Shown: positions 1 through 13,389 of the stretch, piece by piece | Numbering within the stretch: the first letter of the stretch is position 1 | Layout of the letters: every line of letters starts with the position of its first letter | Made by a program: the position numbers and the translations under genes | NCBI GenBank assembly: GCA_028534125.1 | Contig: CM052817.1 | Coordinates: forward strand, 63,800,001 to 63,864,000 | Origin: Lama glama | Lineage: Eukaryota | Length of the DNA: 64,000 nt | Direction: 5' to 3' | Notes under the pieces: model-generated | What the model was told of the DNA's origin: nothing | The model's input: the letters and a program-made list of their open reading frames with translations, nothing else | Database searches by the model: none

Positions 1-668
1 TTGAATAGGTTGTGAGTTTAGCATCTGTTACTATAGCATTGGTTTTACATTAGCCTTAATTTACTATATAAAATTAAGAGCAAGACACCTACTTTCTCTG
101 ACACACAGTCACCTTCACTGAAGAAAAGAAAATCTGCATTACAAAGTTGTTGGTAAACATTACTAAATGAGATATATTGTAAATGTAAGTAATTTTAATT
201 AAAGTTATTTATAGTAATTATTTTCACATACTATTTGAAGTTGTCAGTCTAGGCTTTAGGGGAACTGAATTACTGGCCTCCAATTTTTTAAACGAGAAAT
301 AAAATGGTATGTGAAGAGGTGGTGGCAGATATTTCAGGAAAAAATTATTTTAGTTTTTCAAACCATTTTAGAAGGACATTTGTGTGAGAACAGAGAGGCC
401 CTAGAGGATGATCTGTAAAGAAAGGATATTTTTTAAAAGGAAATAAAAGATTCTTTTAGAAAATGAAAGATATTTGATTTTATTTTGTTCTGGCCTTCCA
501 GACAGGAAAAGTATGAAGAACCCAATAAATTACAGAGACAAGACATTTGAGATGGGAAAACAGAAAAAGGATTTAGCAAGATGACAGAAATCTGGAAATA
601 ATATACCTGCTAGGGAAGGGCACTGCAAAAGACCTAGGAAAATGGCTACATAATATTTACATTTGAAT

Positions 669-844
669 TGTTACCTAATGAGAAAGACAAAATACACTGG
701 ACAATTAAGGAAACAGTTATTCAGGCCATTGCAGAGAGTGTCATGAGAAAAGATGGAGTTGGTCTTGTATCAGAGGATGTCAGGGGAGGATGATCCTTTG
801 CCATTAGCCTTTGCAGAACACACGGAAGGGTGGGGGGCTAATGC
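669..844 (-). mobile_element. Possible degenerate ERV1-class LTR fragment
   Basis: Begins tgttac and contains cagttattcaggccattgca, which resembles the reverse complement of an ERV1 LTR poly(A)-signal region. Weak similarity only. Confidence 0.25.
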
Positions 845-1694
845 AAACTTATGTTCTCATAGCTCTAGAGGTAAGAAGTTTTAAAATGGATCTCACTGGG
901 CTAAAATTAAGATGTCTGTGGAGCTGCATTCCTCTCTGGAAGCTCTAAGAGAGAATCCACTTTCTAGCTTCTAGTGTTACACTCCTTGGCTCACAACTCC
1001 AGTCTTCAAAGTCAGCAGTAGCATGTTAAATCTCTCTCACAATGAATCACTCTGAGCCTCCTGCTTCCCTCTTACATTTATAAGGATTCTTGTGATTATA
1101 CTGGTCCCCCTTGATAAATCCAGGATAATCTCCCTATCTCAAAATCAGCTGATTAGCAACCTGTAACCTTAATTATTCCTGCCACATATTATGGGTTGAA
1201 ACGTGTCACCCAAAAAGATATGCTGAAGTTATAATTCTCAAGACCTCAGAATGTGACCTTATTTGGAAATAGTGTTGTTGTAGATTAGTTAAAATAAGCT
1301 CGTACTGGAGGACTGTGAGTCCTTAATCTGGTATCAACTTGCTCTTATAATAAAAGCAGACAATATGACACACAGAAGGAAGATGGCCATGTGACCATGT
1401 AGGCAGGGACTGGAATGACACATCTACCAGCCAAGGAAGGCCAAGCAAACACCAGAGACTAGAAGAGGCAATAATGGATTCTCTTCCACAGGTTTCAAAG
1501 GGAGCATGCCCTCTGCTGACATCTTTATGGGAACTTCTTGCCTCTAGAGCAGTGGCTATAAATTATTGTTTAAGGCATCCAGTTTGTGATTGGTATGGCA
1601 GCTTTAGCAAATGAGTACACCTTGTAACAAGACATAGTCACAGGTTCTGAGGATTAGGATATATCTTTGGGGAGGCCACTATTCTACTACCACA
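845..1694 (-). mobile_element. MaLR LTR (MLT1D-like), split into about 845-1186 and 1620-1694
   Basis: MLT1D-type motifs in reverse: ataaatccaggataatctccctatctcaaaatcagctgattagcaacc, and after the insert gtcacaggttctgaggattaggat...ctattctactaccaca. Confidence 0.75.
1187..1619 (+). mobile_element. MaLR LTR (MLT1C-like), nested in the MLT1D-like LTR
   Basis: Starts tattatgggttgaa, contains acctcagaatgtgaccttatttggaaatag, ends ggcagctttagcaaatgagtaca. About 430 bp. Confidence 0.8.
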
Positions 1695-2104
1695 GTCAGT
1701 TGGGGAAATGATAAAAAAATAAAAGACATTTTCCCTCTAATTAAGAAAGAACAAGATAAAAAATTTTTTTTGAAGAGATGGAAATGATGGCCTTTTTTCC
1801 TCCTAGTTCACATAGCATCCTGAGGGTTTTATCTTCCTGGAACCTCTATTAAGAATTCCAGAATTCACTTAGGAACAATTTTTCACCACCACTTTTTTGC
1901 TGGTTTTACTATTAAGTGAATTAAATGTTTAACTAATATATACGGCTACAATTTAGGAAAATACAATCAAAATAAAAAAATGCATAGCCAAAGTACAGAC
2001 TAGTAGACCGGGAAAAAAAAAATCTGCTCCCTCTTCAGGGTCCTTGGGTTTTAAAACATGGAAACATAAGTTTCCACTTCAATTTATCAAGGTTATTTTC
2101 AAGA

Positions 2105-3085
2105 TTTCATATTGTGGTAAGAACACAACGTAAGATCTACTCTCTTAAAAAACATTTATGTGTACTTTATTGTTGACTAGAGGTATATCTAGATCTCTAG
2201 AGCTTATTCATCTTGCTTAATTGAAACTTTGTGCCATTGATTAGAAACTACCCCTTTCCCCTCCTCCTAGTCCATGGGAACCACGATTTCACTGATTCTA
2301 TGAATCTATTTTAGATACTTTGTACAAGTGAGAACATACAGCATTTGTTGTTCTGAGACTGACCTATTTAATTCACTATAATGCCCTCAAGGTTCATCCA
2401 CGTTGTCCCATATACAGAATCTCCTTCTTCTTTAAGGCTGAATAGTATTCCAATGTATATATATAATACGTTATCCATCTATCTGTCAACGGATATTTAG
2501 GTTGTTTCCACACCTTAGCTATTGTAAATAGTTCTGCAGTAAACATGGGAGTACTAAAATCTCTTCAGAACTCTGATTTTAATTTTTTCAGTTAAAAAAG
2601 TAAAATAGGATTGCCAGATCATATGAGAGTTCTTTTTTAAATTTTTTGAGGAAACTTCATATTGCTTTCCATAGCAGCTACACCATCTACATTCTCACCA
2701 ACAGTGTGCAAGGGTTCCAGTTTCTCCACATTCTTGCCAACACTTGTTGTCTTTTGCTATTTTTGATAAAAGCCATCCTGACAGGTGTGAGATAATATCT
2801 CATTGGGGTTTTGATTTGCATTTCCTTGATGATTAGTGATACAGAGCGTTTTTTAACATACTTGTTGGGTCATTTATATGCCTTCTTTGGAGCAACATTA
2901 TCTACTTAAGTCCTTAGCTCATTTTTAAATAGTTATTAGAGTTTTTTGGGCTATTGAGTCGTAGGAGTTCCTTATATATTTTGGAGATTAATCTCTTATC
3001 AGATACGTGGTTTGCAAATATTTGTTTCTGTTCCATAGGTTATCTTCTCATTTTGCTTCCTTTGCTATAAAGAAACTTTGGAGTT
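2105..3085 (-). mobile_element. L1 3' end (L1MA9/L1MA10-like)
   Basis: Antisense L1 3'UTR and ORF2-end motifs: agatctctagagcttattcatcttg, tttaaggctgaatagtattcc, ttttgatttgcatttcc, tttgcaaatattt. Confidence 0.85.
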
Positions 3086-4390
3086 TTTAAAGATATATTT
3101 AAATATGTATTCAGTGCAGCTAGCGTCTAACAACACTTTTATTGGTGGCAGGATTTCTTTCCTTTTTCTTATTTTGAAAGAAAAATATATTTCTAAAGGT
3201 CTTTTAACCCTACAGAAACAAAATGACTCATTTTGTATTTTTCATTCTGTCAGATTTATCTTTCTCCTTCTTAATAGAGTAGGATTAACACATTTGAGAT
3301 AAAGCACATTCTATGCGTTCCCTAGTGACCAATCTTTACAGGAACATTAGGTTCAGACCTGTTCTGCCCATACAGCTAGCAGCTGATAACAGAAGGGAAA
3401 GGAAAACATGACTGGGGACAGCTAAAAAAAAATGAGAGCTTTTGTCCTAATAGGAAGCATTCTCCCTATGAAAAGAATCTCATTTGCCTTATAGAGGTGA
3501 ACACCATTAACAAATACACACACACTTACTTCAATTATGAGGAGCATGAAGCTAAAATGCCCCAGGGGTAAAAAAGATACAGAAAGAAAATCTTATTTTA
3601 CAACAGCAGTGGAAAAGAAAATCAAAGCTATTGCCTCTCTCCTATTTGAAAAATACTTTACATTAAATCCAAACTAAACACAGACTAAAAGTATTCCAAA
3701 CTGAAAACTAAAAATTGCCTCAAGACAAAAAAAACAGAACGAGTCATTCAAGAACTCTTCAATTTCTTGTGAAATATTTTCATTTCCTTAGCTATCATTA
3801 TCAGATTATGCAAAGATATATTATTGTTAAAATCTTATTGCTAAAAGAGAACAATGTATTACAGTTTTTGCGTAAGTGTTAACACATCTCTTTGCTCTCA
3901 TATTCAAAGCTTCTTGATTAAATCTGTATAATGTTCTCTTGGTCTTGACTCTCAGAAGACCTAACTGCAAATATAATATTCTGTGTTATATATTTAAAAA
4001 GAAAAACTGGATACAAATATTAATACCAGAAAATAAGAGCCTTCTACCCCAAGAATGAAATAAAGACCAGCACGTAGTTACCTATACAGTGTTAGTTACT
4101 TATGTAGCATATAGGTGTTAATGGTAAATTTAAACATGCTGCCCAAACATCTGGACCTTGGATTTTAGAAAACAAAAGACTAATCATTTTAAATACAAAG
4201 ACAGGCTAAAACACAGGCTAAAATTCTATACAAGCAAAAGATCATTTAAATCTAATGGCAAGGATTTTAAAGCCTTCCACTATATTTAAATGTTAAGTAA
4301 TGCTACACATTTCTGTTGTGTAGTTTACTGAATTTCACATCAAAGCTTTATGAGATGCATTTAACTAAGGACAAATATAGGACCTATAAA

Positions 4391-4516
4391 TAGGGTAACC
4401 AAATGTTCCAATTTGACTAGCATAGTCTTATTTTGTGCCTTTTGTCTGAACATTATTAATAGAGCCCTTTTTCTCTCAAAGGCCTCTTAAATGAGTAATA
4501 TTATATGATCACTCTA
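4391..4516 (-). mobile_element. MER94-like hAT-Blackjack MITE
   Basis: Imperfect terminal inverted repeats tagggtaacca ... tgatcactcta, with internal attattaatagagcccttttctctcaaa and attatatgatcac matching the recalled MER94 consensus. Confidence 0.7.
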
Positions 4517-5659
4517 TCTAAAAGAATTAAATTAGGAAGGCTACGCCCCAAATGAGTTGTACCTTCTGAAAATGTTTTAAGTTATGTTTATAACTTAAGA
4601 AATTAAAAAAAAAATAGGTAAGACAGACTATTTACATCTAGTGATTTACTCATAGTATGGCACGACTTAACTGGTAGCAGAATCCCCTGCTCTAAGTTGG
4701 CTGCAACTCCAAATTGTTTTTCTTGTCTCAGCTTAGTATATTTTAGGTAATTGAAAAGGGCAGGGAAAGGTTGATAATAAGGGAAACAGAAATCCAAACA
4801 GGAATGCACATGTCTTCTCAGAAATCCAAATTTAGGAAATTCAAATCTACCAGTTTAGATGCTCAGGAAAGTGAAGCAAATTGAAATTTAAATTACAGGA
4901 GCATTACAGTGATATGGGAAGGAGTGTAAAGAAAATGAGAGGTGTGAGGAAGCAGAAATGGTTTAAAGTAATTTCAATTGCTTTTTCTAATTGGAAAAGG
5001 GTAGATTCTACAAATAGGTCAATGTTCCTCAGTTTGCTACTCTGTGGAATAGTGAGCCATAAATATGGTCTATCTAGACTTTATCAAGGCAATTGAATAA
5101 TTTCTCACTATATCAATGCTACAAGGGCTATATTATTTAATGTAAATATACATACTTCACATTTGGCTATTTCACATACCACACTATAACTCTCGTATGA
5201 ATCAGTCCAGACAAAAGCACACCTGTTCTAGGCAACTATTTAGACAAAGTCAGATTATGCTCAGCCTTCAGCCTTCACTCTTTGACCTCAGTTGTTATTT
5301 TTTTAATACCTATAGGAATTAATATTTCTCTAGACTCATCTGATCTTTGCTTTTACAGCTTATTAAGCTCAGCTTCAAAATTCACTTCAGGGTCTTATTC
5401 CCGTCATATAGTCATTTCTGGCATTCCAGAGACAGGCACTCCCTCTTCCATCTCCAGCTCCATACAGTGAACTCGTGACCAGCACTACCAGGAAAGGGAA
5501 CTCATTCTGTATGATGTTATGCAAATTACTGATTAATTATCAACACTAATCAGTAGGATATTGCTCTTGATTTTCTTGACATCACTGTGTTCAGCATTTT
5601 TTATCTTCATCTTAAATGATGTTACTGAAGTCACATTTTTCATTGCATAAAGATTAAAC

Positions 5660-6160
5660 ATTTTAAATACGGTCTGCAAGGCCTACATGATTTGACGCAA
5701 GCCCACTTCTCCACCCTTGTCTTGTACCTCTCTTCCCTACTCTCCATTTTAGTCACACTTTCCTTTTTTCAGTTCTTTGAATGTGCTCTGCTCAGAGTCA
5801 TAGAACATAGTGGTGCCTCTGCCTGGATCACTCTTCAAACCCAACCTCCACAACACACTGCACACATACACACAGAGCGAGCTTTCATAGACCTCAGTTC
5901 AGTTGGCAATTACCTAGGGTGGCCTTCCTAATCTGAAGACTAAAACAGACCCCCTCTCTATACACTTCCACAGTATCCTTTACTTTTATTCACAGCACTG
6001 ACTTTGGTTTGCAATTATAAAGTATTTGTATAGTAGCTGATCTCCCTGTCCAGACTATAAGACATGTTAAGTCAGAGGCTGTATGAATTTTGTGCACTAC
6101 TGTATCTGTCATATTCAGCCCAATGCCTTAGTACAAAGCAAATATACCACAAATAATTGT
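5660..6160 (+). mobile_element. L2 3' region
   Basis: caaggcctacatgatttg, cctctgcctggatcactctt and tctccctgtccagactataag...tttgtgcactactgtatc are typical of the L2 3' end. Confidence 0.7.
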
Positions 6161-6209
6161 TCTTTTGGAGGTTAAAGGATACAAGGCTGGAAGGATCGAG
6201 GATATATCT

Positions 6210-7850
6210 TATGAGAGAATTGGTATCCAAAATAACCTCAGTAGACAAGTAAACTACACTACAAAGGAAATACAGCAGGAATAAAGTTTAGGTCCTGCAG
6301 TTAAGACTAAAGAAAGAATTGCACAAGACGAGTGGGAGTAATTAAAAGTGTATGTGTGTAAAAGAAGTGGTGATGGAATTTTTACTAATATAGTAAGAAA
6401 CATGTCTGGTTTTTTTCCTTACCATCTATCTTGCTCCTCTCAAGAGAAAAAAGTGTGTTGATTGATATAATTAATAGCATCTAAATTCCTCATTAACCAA
6501 GAAATAATGCCATGGCATTGAAAAAAACATTTGGGCCTATCTTACTTACCCTTTTTCTTCGCTTCTTAGACACAGATGCATCCAGACCAAGGGATGCCAA
6601 GTGGTAAGTGATAAATGGTAAATCTAAACATATCACTTACCCTCCACATAATAAGACTATGTAGGGCCCTGTCATAGTCTCCAACTTAGTGTTTAGTGCT
6701 GATACTCTATTATAATTCTTAACTTTTGTCCTATATTTGCGTTCAACTAAGTATGGAGAATATAGCTAACATGCAATCACAAGTAATCATACATAGTGCA
6801 GAGACTTTTCAGGATGGTCATAAAGAATAGCCATGATCAATAACAGAGGCCTAGTCAATATGACTGCTAAAGAGCTGTTGCAAATCTTGGTCTGAATTAA
6901 GAATGCTGAATGTAGAACAAGAACAATAATGAGACTCTACTCAGAACTGCTCAGAACACTCCCCGTGTTCTGTCTAATCTTAGGAACTTCACTTTAAGTG
7001 ATGTATTGAGAAAGACAGGACGTGTTCAAGATTGTGTTATTATTCTTAATTGTTCACTGTCCTTCCTTTAAGAGGCTTGTAGATCTCTGCCCTTTGCTGT
7101 GTGATTTAGAGTGCATTCAAGTGGCAGGTATGTATTTCCCTATCCCATTAATGTTAGATATGACTATACGGCTTGCTTTAGCTTAAAAAAAATGAGTAAA
7201 AGCAAAATACATGAGCAAAATACATGTAAAAGATATACAACAGTTTGGAGCAAATTTTACACTTTTTCCTCTATTAAATGGCATCACTTAGGGGCTGCTC
7301 CTTCAGCCTGCATCCTAAAATGAAGATATATGGAGGAAAACTTCAGCAAATAAATAGCTGACCTATTATATGAGTGAAAAATTAACCTCTGTTTGTATAA
7401 CCACTAAGATTATAGGGTTGTTTGTTACCACAGGAAAGCCTAGAGAAGTTGGACTAATAGTGTCAGATAAACTGAGTAATTAAAAACTTCAAGACCATTT
7501 CATATTAGGTACAGTTGAAGAAACTGGGATGTTGTATTTACTGAAGAAAAAATGTAGATGGACACTGTAGCACTCAATATTTAATGAGTGGTCAAATATA
7601 AAAGCGGTAAAACTATTCTGGGTATTCTTACTGGGTTAAATTAGGACCAATAACTGAAAGCTTTAGGAAAATCCAATTCAGCTGAATATTAGAGAGAATC
7701 TTCTAACTTGCAGAGGTGGTAAAAAAAAAAAAATGAAATTAGCAGTTTTAGGGTGCTTGAAAATTTTCCTGACACTCGGAGGTTCAAATAGCTCAATATA
7801 TTTAGTTGGGGATATTTTTAAAGGATTTAAATATTGGTTGGGCCAATAGA
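6210..7850 (+). mobile_element. L3/CR1 fragments (about 6210-6340, 6850-7030, 7480-7850)
   Basis: CR1 RT and 3' motifs: ataaagtttaggtcctgca, cacttta..gtattgagaaa..gtgttcaaga, cagttgaagaaactgggatgtt, ttcagctgaatattagagagaatcttctaac. Confidence 0.55.
7030..7460 (+). mobile_element. Old MaLR LTR (MLT1I/J-like) inserted in the L3
   Basis: ctgctccttcagcctgcatcctaaaatgaaga and 3' end ataaccactaagattatagggttgtttgttaccacag...gactaata. Confidence 0.65.
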
Positions 7851-9699
7851 CTATATGGCATCTTTTAACACAAAATGCAAAATTTATAACAAAATACAGG
7901 ACCTCCAAACCAACCTTTCTCAAAGACTCATTGTCCATTACATGTTGGTTTTCTTCCCCTCACTACTGTTACTTATTCAGTCATTATGAGCAGTTGTTGG
8001 TAAACAGAGGAAAGATTCCTATTAAATAAATCATATGCTTCCAAAATTAATAATCTAAGACTGGGTATAGCAGTCAAATATGAGAAAGGAACACCATTCA
8101 CAAAGATTTAGATTAAATATTTAAAATAGTTGAATTTTAAATTAAATTAGGAAATTACAAATACAAAATTGCTTTTGTTCCTAAATATTTAAAAATAAAA
8201 CACTCTTACTAATGAGTACACAGAGATTAATAAAATGAACATTCATTGTATGTAGAATATGATTTCTACTACTTCATTAATGAGTCTACAGTGTATTTAT
8301 AGGCATTAACATAACAACTAAAAGGATATTTAATGATTTTAATTTTTCCATCCAATATAGAATTTGTTACATTAATTTTAAAATCAAAATAAACCAACTT
8401 TTAATTAAAAATTAATGAATTACATCTTCAGAAGAATGTTAATTCTTGCTTTTATAGGAAAAATAGTTAGCAATTAAGTTTTCTTTTAGTACTTGTTTTT
8501 TGTCAAACAGGTCAATTCAATGCCATCTTAAATAATTAACATGTTTAACTGGCTGCTAACATCTGCTTCTTCTATCTCTTCTAATTATTTTTTATATTTA
8601 ATTTAGCTATCATAACACATGTTCAATTTTATCACATACAATTTGTTTCAAGTAGGTAGTTCACTTAACAAGTAAATATTCATTACATTTCAGTAATTCA
8701 AAATAAATGTAAGTATTTTTAAGGTGTGAGAAATACCTCACTATCATATCTGTAATCATAAAATATTCAGCATGAGTAACTGTAACACATTATTGGATAC
8801 TCATAAGAAAATTTTCTTTTGGCCTCAAATTTAGAAGCTCAGTGATTTTATGGCCTAAAAAGCAAATGAAACTCAGCTGTTGATAATTCAAGACGAGGCT
8901 TTATAGTGTTTATTCCATTACTAATTATGCTTCTCTTTTTCCTCTATTAAAATGCTGACTAAATAGCAAGTACAATGCATTCTTTTAATCAAGTTTTTCC
9001 ATTTTATACCTATAACAAACCCAAAAGGAGTGCAGTAAATGAACCAGGGAGTTTGATTTTATTTTCCTTTCTTCTAGTTTAAATTTTCTTAAGGTTCTGT
9101 CATTTATCCTCAATGATTCCCATTTCATTTGGAAATGGGAAAAAATTTTAGAAGATACTGAGTATCTCTGACAACTAAACATGGCAGCCAGCTTTAACAA
9201 TAAACTATTGTTGCTATTAGAGTTTAAATTTTACAGTATTTGCTACACTTAATTACAAAAGATAGCAAGGAAAATATATCTTACATAATTTACATTTCCA
9301 TGCAGTTTATTATTCATCTTTAACACTTAGAAAATTGGTATTGTGAAAGCAATTTTCCCTAAAATCAGATACCTGCTTTGTCTTCAAAGTTAGGAGATCA
9401 CTTTACATTAAATGAGCATTTGAATAATGTGTTAATCAGTTTTTCCATGTTATACTTACAACACGTCCACATCTTTTGTTAGTCTGATTGGTCTTTTTCT
9501 ATAAATTTGGCATTTTAGGGGAAAAAGAAGTTACTGAAACTCAACAAAGGTTAAGAAGGAGTCAAGTGATGAGAAAAGAAAATTAGAAACACTGCAATGA
9601 AAGTACAATGTAAAGGAAACCCCTTGATTCTAGGCCCATACAGATGCTATGCCGATGAAAATTTTAAACACAGAGCAAATAGAAGCTTGAAATGGGTGG

Positions 9700-9958
9700 A
9701 TGCATACAATGAAGCTCTCTCTCTTCCAATCTTGCCAAGAATAGAACATGCCTAGGTTAACCTGATGGAGAATGAGAGCCACATGGGGCACATCTAAACT
9801 GCTCCACTGACCCCAACAACAGCCAGTCTAGATCAACGAATTATCAGCTGACCTCCAGCCAACATCAGCTGAGCCTCCTCCTCAACCCCTAGCTGTCCCT
9901 GGAGCAATAAACAGTTGCCACCCAATTCTAGGGTAGGTTGCTACAAGATAAAACTGAA
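9700..9958 (+). mobile_element. Old MaLR LTR 3' fragment (MLT1H/J-like)
   Basis: gagagccacatggggca, cagctgacctccagcc and aataaacagttg...gggtaggttgctacaagataaaactg. Confidence 0.5.
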
Positions 9959-10148
9959 AAAAAAAAAATCAGATGGTTTGTAATTATTAGGTGCAAATTC
10001 TGGATATTCTAAACCATAATTGTTACCCTAAGTAGAAGAAAATACACCCACTATAACACTTAACCACTAAAGGAGCCCACCCTCACAAAATACGGGGCAA
10101 AGAAAATATTCTTAGTTTCAAGTATACTTAAAATAGGTACATATTCTT

Positions 10149-10234
10149 TAAATTTTTTTAGAGGGAGGTAATTAGGGTTTTTATTTATTTTTTTAATGGA
10201 GGTACTGGGGATTGAACTCAAGACCCCACGCATG
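10149..10234 (-). mobile_element. 5'-truncated camelid tRNA-derived SINE (vic-1 type)
   Basis: Reverse complement reads catgcgtggggtcttgagttcaatccccagtacctccattaaaaaaataaataaaaaccctaattacctccc (B box plus tail). 19-bp TSD with 2 mismatches: aaaataggtacatattctt (10130-10148) and aaaatatgtatatattctt (10235-10253). Confidence 0.85.
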
Positions 10235-10309
10235 AAAATATGTATATATTCTTATATTGTCATACATTTGATTATATCTATTCATAAATGTTTTAGAAAC
10301 TCTGAGAGA

Positions 10310-10500
10310 TACTATGATTTAGTTGAAAGTGATGCATGGGTTTCGGTTACAGATACGCCTGAATTCAGATCCTCTGTCTCTGCCATTTATTACTATTTAT
10401 TTATTATTAGTGGTTTATTTATTATTGCCATGGGTACATAATTAAAATTTTCTGTGCTCCAGTTTTCTTCTATAAATCGGGACTTGATATTACTCCATAA
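10310..10500 (+). mobile_element. MIR
   Basis: cctgaattcagatcctctgtctctgccatttattact ... ccatgggtacataattaaaattttctgtgctccagttttc (MIR core). Confidence 0.65.
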
Positions 10501-11482
10501 AATCAATACTTGAACAAAATATTACAGGCAATCAATTTATTAATTCTTTCATTAATTCATTAATTGACCAAATATTTATTAAGCATTTTTAGGTCCAAGG
10601 GTTAACAGATTCAGGACATTAAGGACAGTTTTCCCCTAAGTTATTATGTGAAGTAGCAGATGACTGCATTAAGAGCAACAATTTTAAGCTGGCTTTGAGA
10701 AATAGAAAGATCTGTTTTGTGCATTAATGAAACTATATCATCATCACTGTTTTTATAGTCAAAAAACATTTCTTTCATATGCCTTTTTTTTTCTATGATT
10801 TCCTAGTTTCAAGCTAACTTTTAATTTCTTTTCAGAAGCAACGCTTTGTATTTTCCTTTTTATAAAACACAGCACCAAACTCCATGACTGAAGGAAGACT
10901 ACACTTTCAATGAAGCATTTATGGAAGACTGCAGTTGATGTTATTTCTAACACTAACATTGAAATAACTATATTATTTTCATAAGCATACACTGCAGTAT
11001 TTAAAGTCAATTCCATAAAGAAAAAAAAAACACATACTATAGGAATGACGAACTTGAAAGATAAAATTATCCAATGATAAGGACAGTCTTTAGCATTCAT
11101 GCTATTACATTCATATTTATCACAAAGCAACAAAGCAAAATTTTATTATTTTACCACTTAACATAGTTTAATTCAGAAAGTAAAACACCCTTTATATGTA
11201 AGACATTCATATTGCAATACTCAAAAAAGTTTTTAAGGTGTATATTTTATTACCAGAATTGTTAGATTTATGACTTTCACAACATCTATAAACATTAAAT
11301 GTGAAAAACTCACATTTCATGGGATAATTATTTTTAAAGTGTTATCTCCTTATAAAAGAATTAAAAATATGTTAGCAAAAACAGTCACATTTCACTCTAA
11401 AATTAATACATTCATACTTTTCTTTGAAAAGTTCAATGAAAGAGCCCCCCCAAAAAAACCCTCTAATTGAATTTTATAAATG

Positions 11483-11981
11483 TGTTGTGGAGCCGGCTGG
11501 CATTCTCTGGAATCATAAAACCCCCACCCCTGGGCTCTCAGGGTACCCATTAACACCTTAACCCCCACTCCCCACTGCAGGACCCTTCACATACCTGCAT
11601 TTCTGCAAGATATAAAACATCTCCTCTTGATGTGTGTTTACCATAACAAAACTCATCACCCCAGGAGATAGCACATCTCACAATACCCTAGGCAGACAGA
11701 CCTCACATCCTGCCATTATCAAAGTCATAAAACCTATTACTCAGAGAAGTCCCCGACAGATCTTACAACCAATCAGGTACTTGTGCATGAACTGATCATG
11801 CAGCCCCCTGTGTTCACGGCTTCCTCCCCCCAGTAAAAGATCCTGCACACCCATCCCAGGTGCTCACACAGGTACCTCCTTCCTGTGTGGCCCGCTGTTG
11901 CCTATAGTGGCGCACCTATTAAACTTTCCTAATGTTTTTTCAGTCTCTGGTAATTCTTAACCAAGTCGGGTGTCAGCAACA
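11483..11981 (+). mobile_element. Solo ERV LTR, family not identified
   Basis: Sharp, C-rich block of about 500 bp in an AT-rich background with TG...CA termini (tgttgtgg...cagcaaca), CCAAT (aaccaatca near 11767), TATA-like agtaaaaga near 11832, and ATTAAA near 11918. Confidence 0.75.
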
Positions 11982-12749
11982 TCTTGTTGTGTGCCCATAA
12001 CATATGTTAAATACTAACCACTGCAAGTTGATGCAGGAAATGCAAGAAAGAATAATACAGTGCAATGACCCACCCTCAAATTTCCCACAACCAATTGAGG
12101 AAAAGAAAGGCACAAACAATACTAACAAGAATGAGAGAAAGACTAGAATAACTAACACAGTGAAACTTCAAAGATCATTTCCTTCCCCTTTAAAGCAACT
12201 TAAGTCTTTTATTTATACAATTTTCTATCAAAATATGCTTACTTTTATAGCACTTTTCAGCAGTTAAGATTTTTATTTCATTACAAATGAAATGGTAATT
12301 GTAACCTACTCTTGGTGTAATTTTTATTCTCCTCAAATCATTTTGTGGTCTTCTTACCTTTTTGAGTTTGAAGTAATTTTAGTATAAAAACATATTTTAC
12401 AATATCTAGGATATAGGAGCTTCGTACCATCTCTGTAAATTCTAGGACTTCCCTTATGACTCTCTTTCAGTTCATTTAATTTTCATTTAATTTTCAGTTT
12501 CATTTAATTTTCCTCACAGTCATCACTCCTTCAAACCAAACCAACAAATACACCTTCCCAATACAACGCAATTCTACTATTTAATGGCTTCCAAAAGAAA
12601 TTCACTCACAACAATCTCTCATGGTTGTATTTTTGCTGAAAATGATCAGGGTCACAGTGAAAGGTAGGATCCAAATCAGGGTGTCTGCTATTGCCCATTA
12701 TCTTACTGGTCCCCTCAACATTCTGTTGGAGTTACTTTGCTCACTCAAA

Positions 12750-13170
12750 CAGGATTACATTCAAGTATACACTTGTATAACCGAAAACTCAAATGAGACT
12801 TCTTTCTTTCTCACAAAATATAGAAATCAGCAGTCTATAATGAGTGTTGGCTCAGCACTAGTGAGAAGCCCAGTTCCTTTCCATCTTCTCTCCCAGCATA
12901 CATGGAACATATCTTTTCACCTCAAAGTCACATGGAGCTCTAGGGAGAAAAATGGCTACTAGAGCTCCAGGGGTGGGAAAAAAAGAAGATGAAGTGGAAG
13001 GAGCAAAGAGCATCTTCTGCCAGTCTCCACTTTAAGCAGTTGTCCCAGATGTCCCACACAATGATGTTCAAACTGAGACAATGCTGACATGTTAGCTGCA
13101 AAGAACTACTAGGCTTATAGCCTTTTATCTGGTACATTACTGCTTTGAATAAAATCAGATTTTAAGGAAT
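12750..13170 (-). mobile_element. Old MaLR LTR (MLT1J/K-like)
   Basis: cccagttcctttccatctt, cttttcacctcaaagtcacatgg, tagctgcaaagaac and ctttgaataaaatcagatt. Confidence 0.6.
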
Positions 13171-13389
13171 ATTGAAATGTAACTGGTCCATCCTATATAT
13201 CATCTTCCTATAATAGAAAGGTTTGGTAAATAGAAAAGGATATAAAGCATTTGATAGAGGAAAAAGTAGAGTTACTGTGACCAACAAAAAAAGATGAAGT
13301 CAAGTCAATAGGGTCCTGGGAGAATGGCACTTCAATGTAAAAAGAATTGACTGAGGGATAAAGGTGAAGAGAATAGGGTAAAAACAAAA

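Noticed and set aside
10759..11133. 124-aa ORF (also 51999-52361 and 12621-12962)
   Set aside because: No recognisable domain or exon structure; composition typical of random AT-rich frames.
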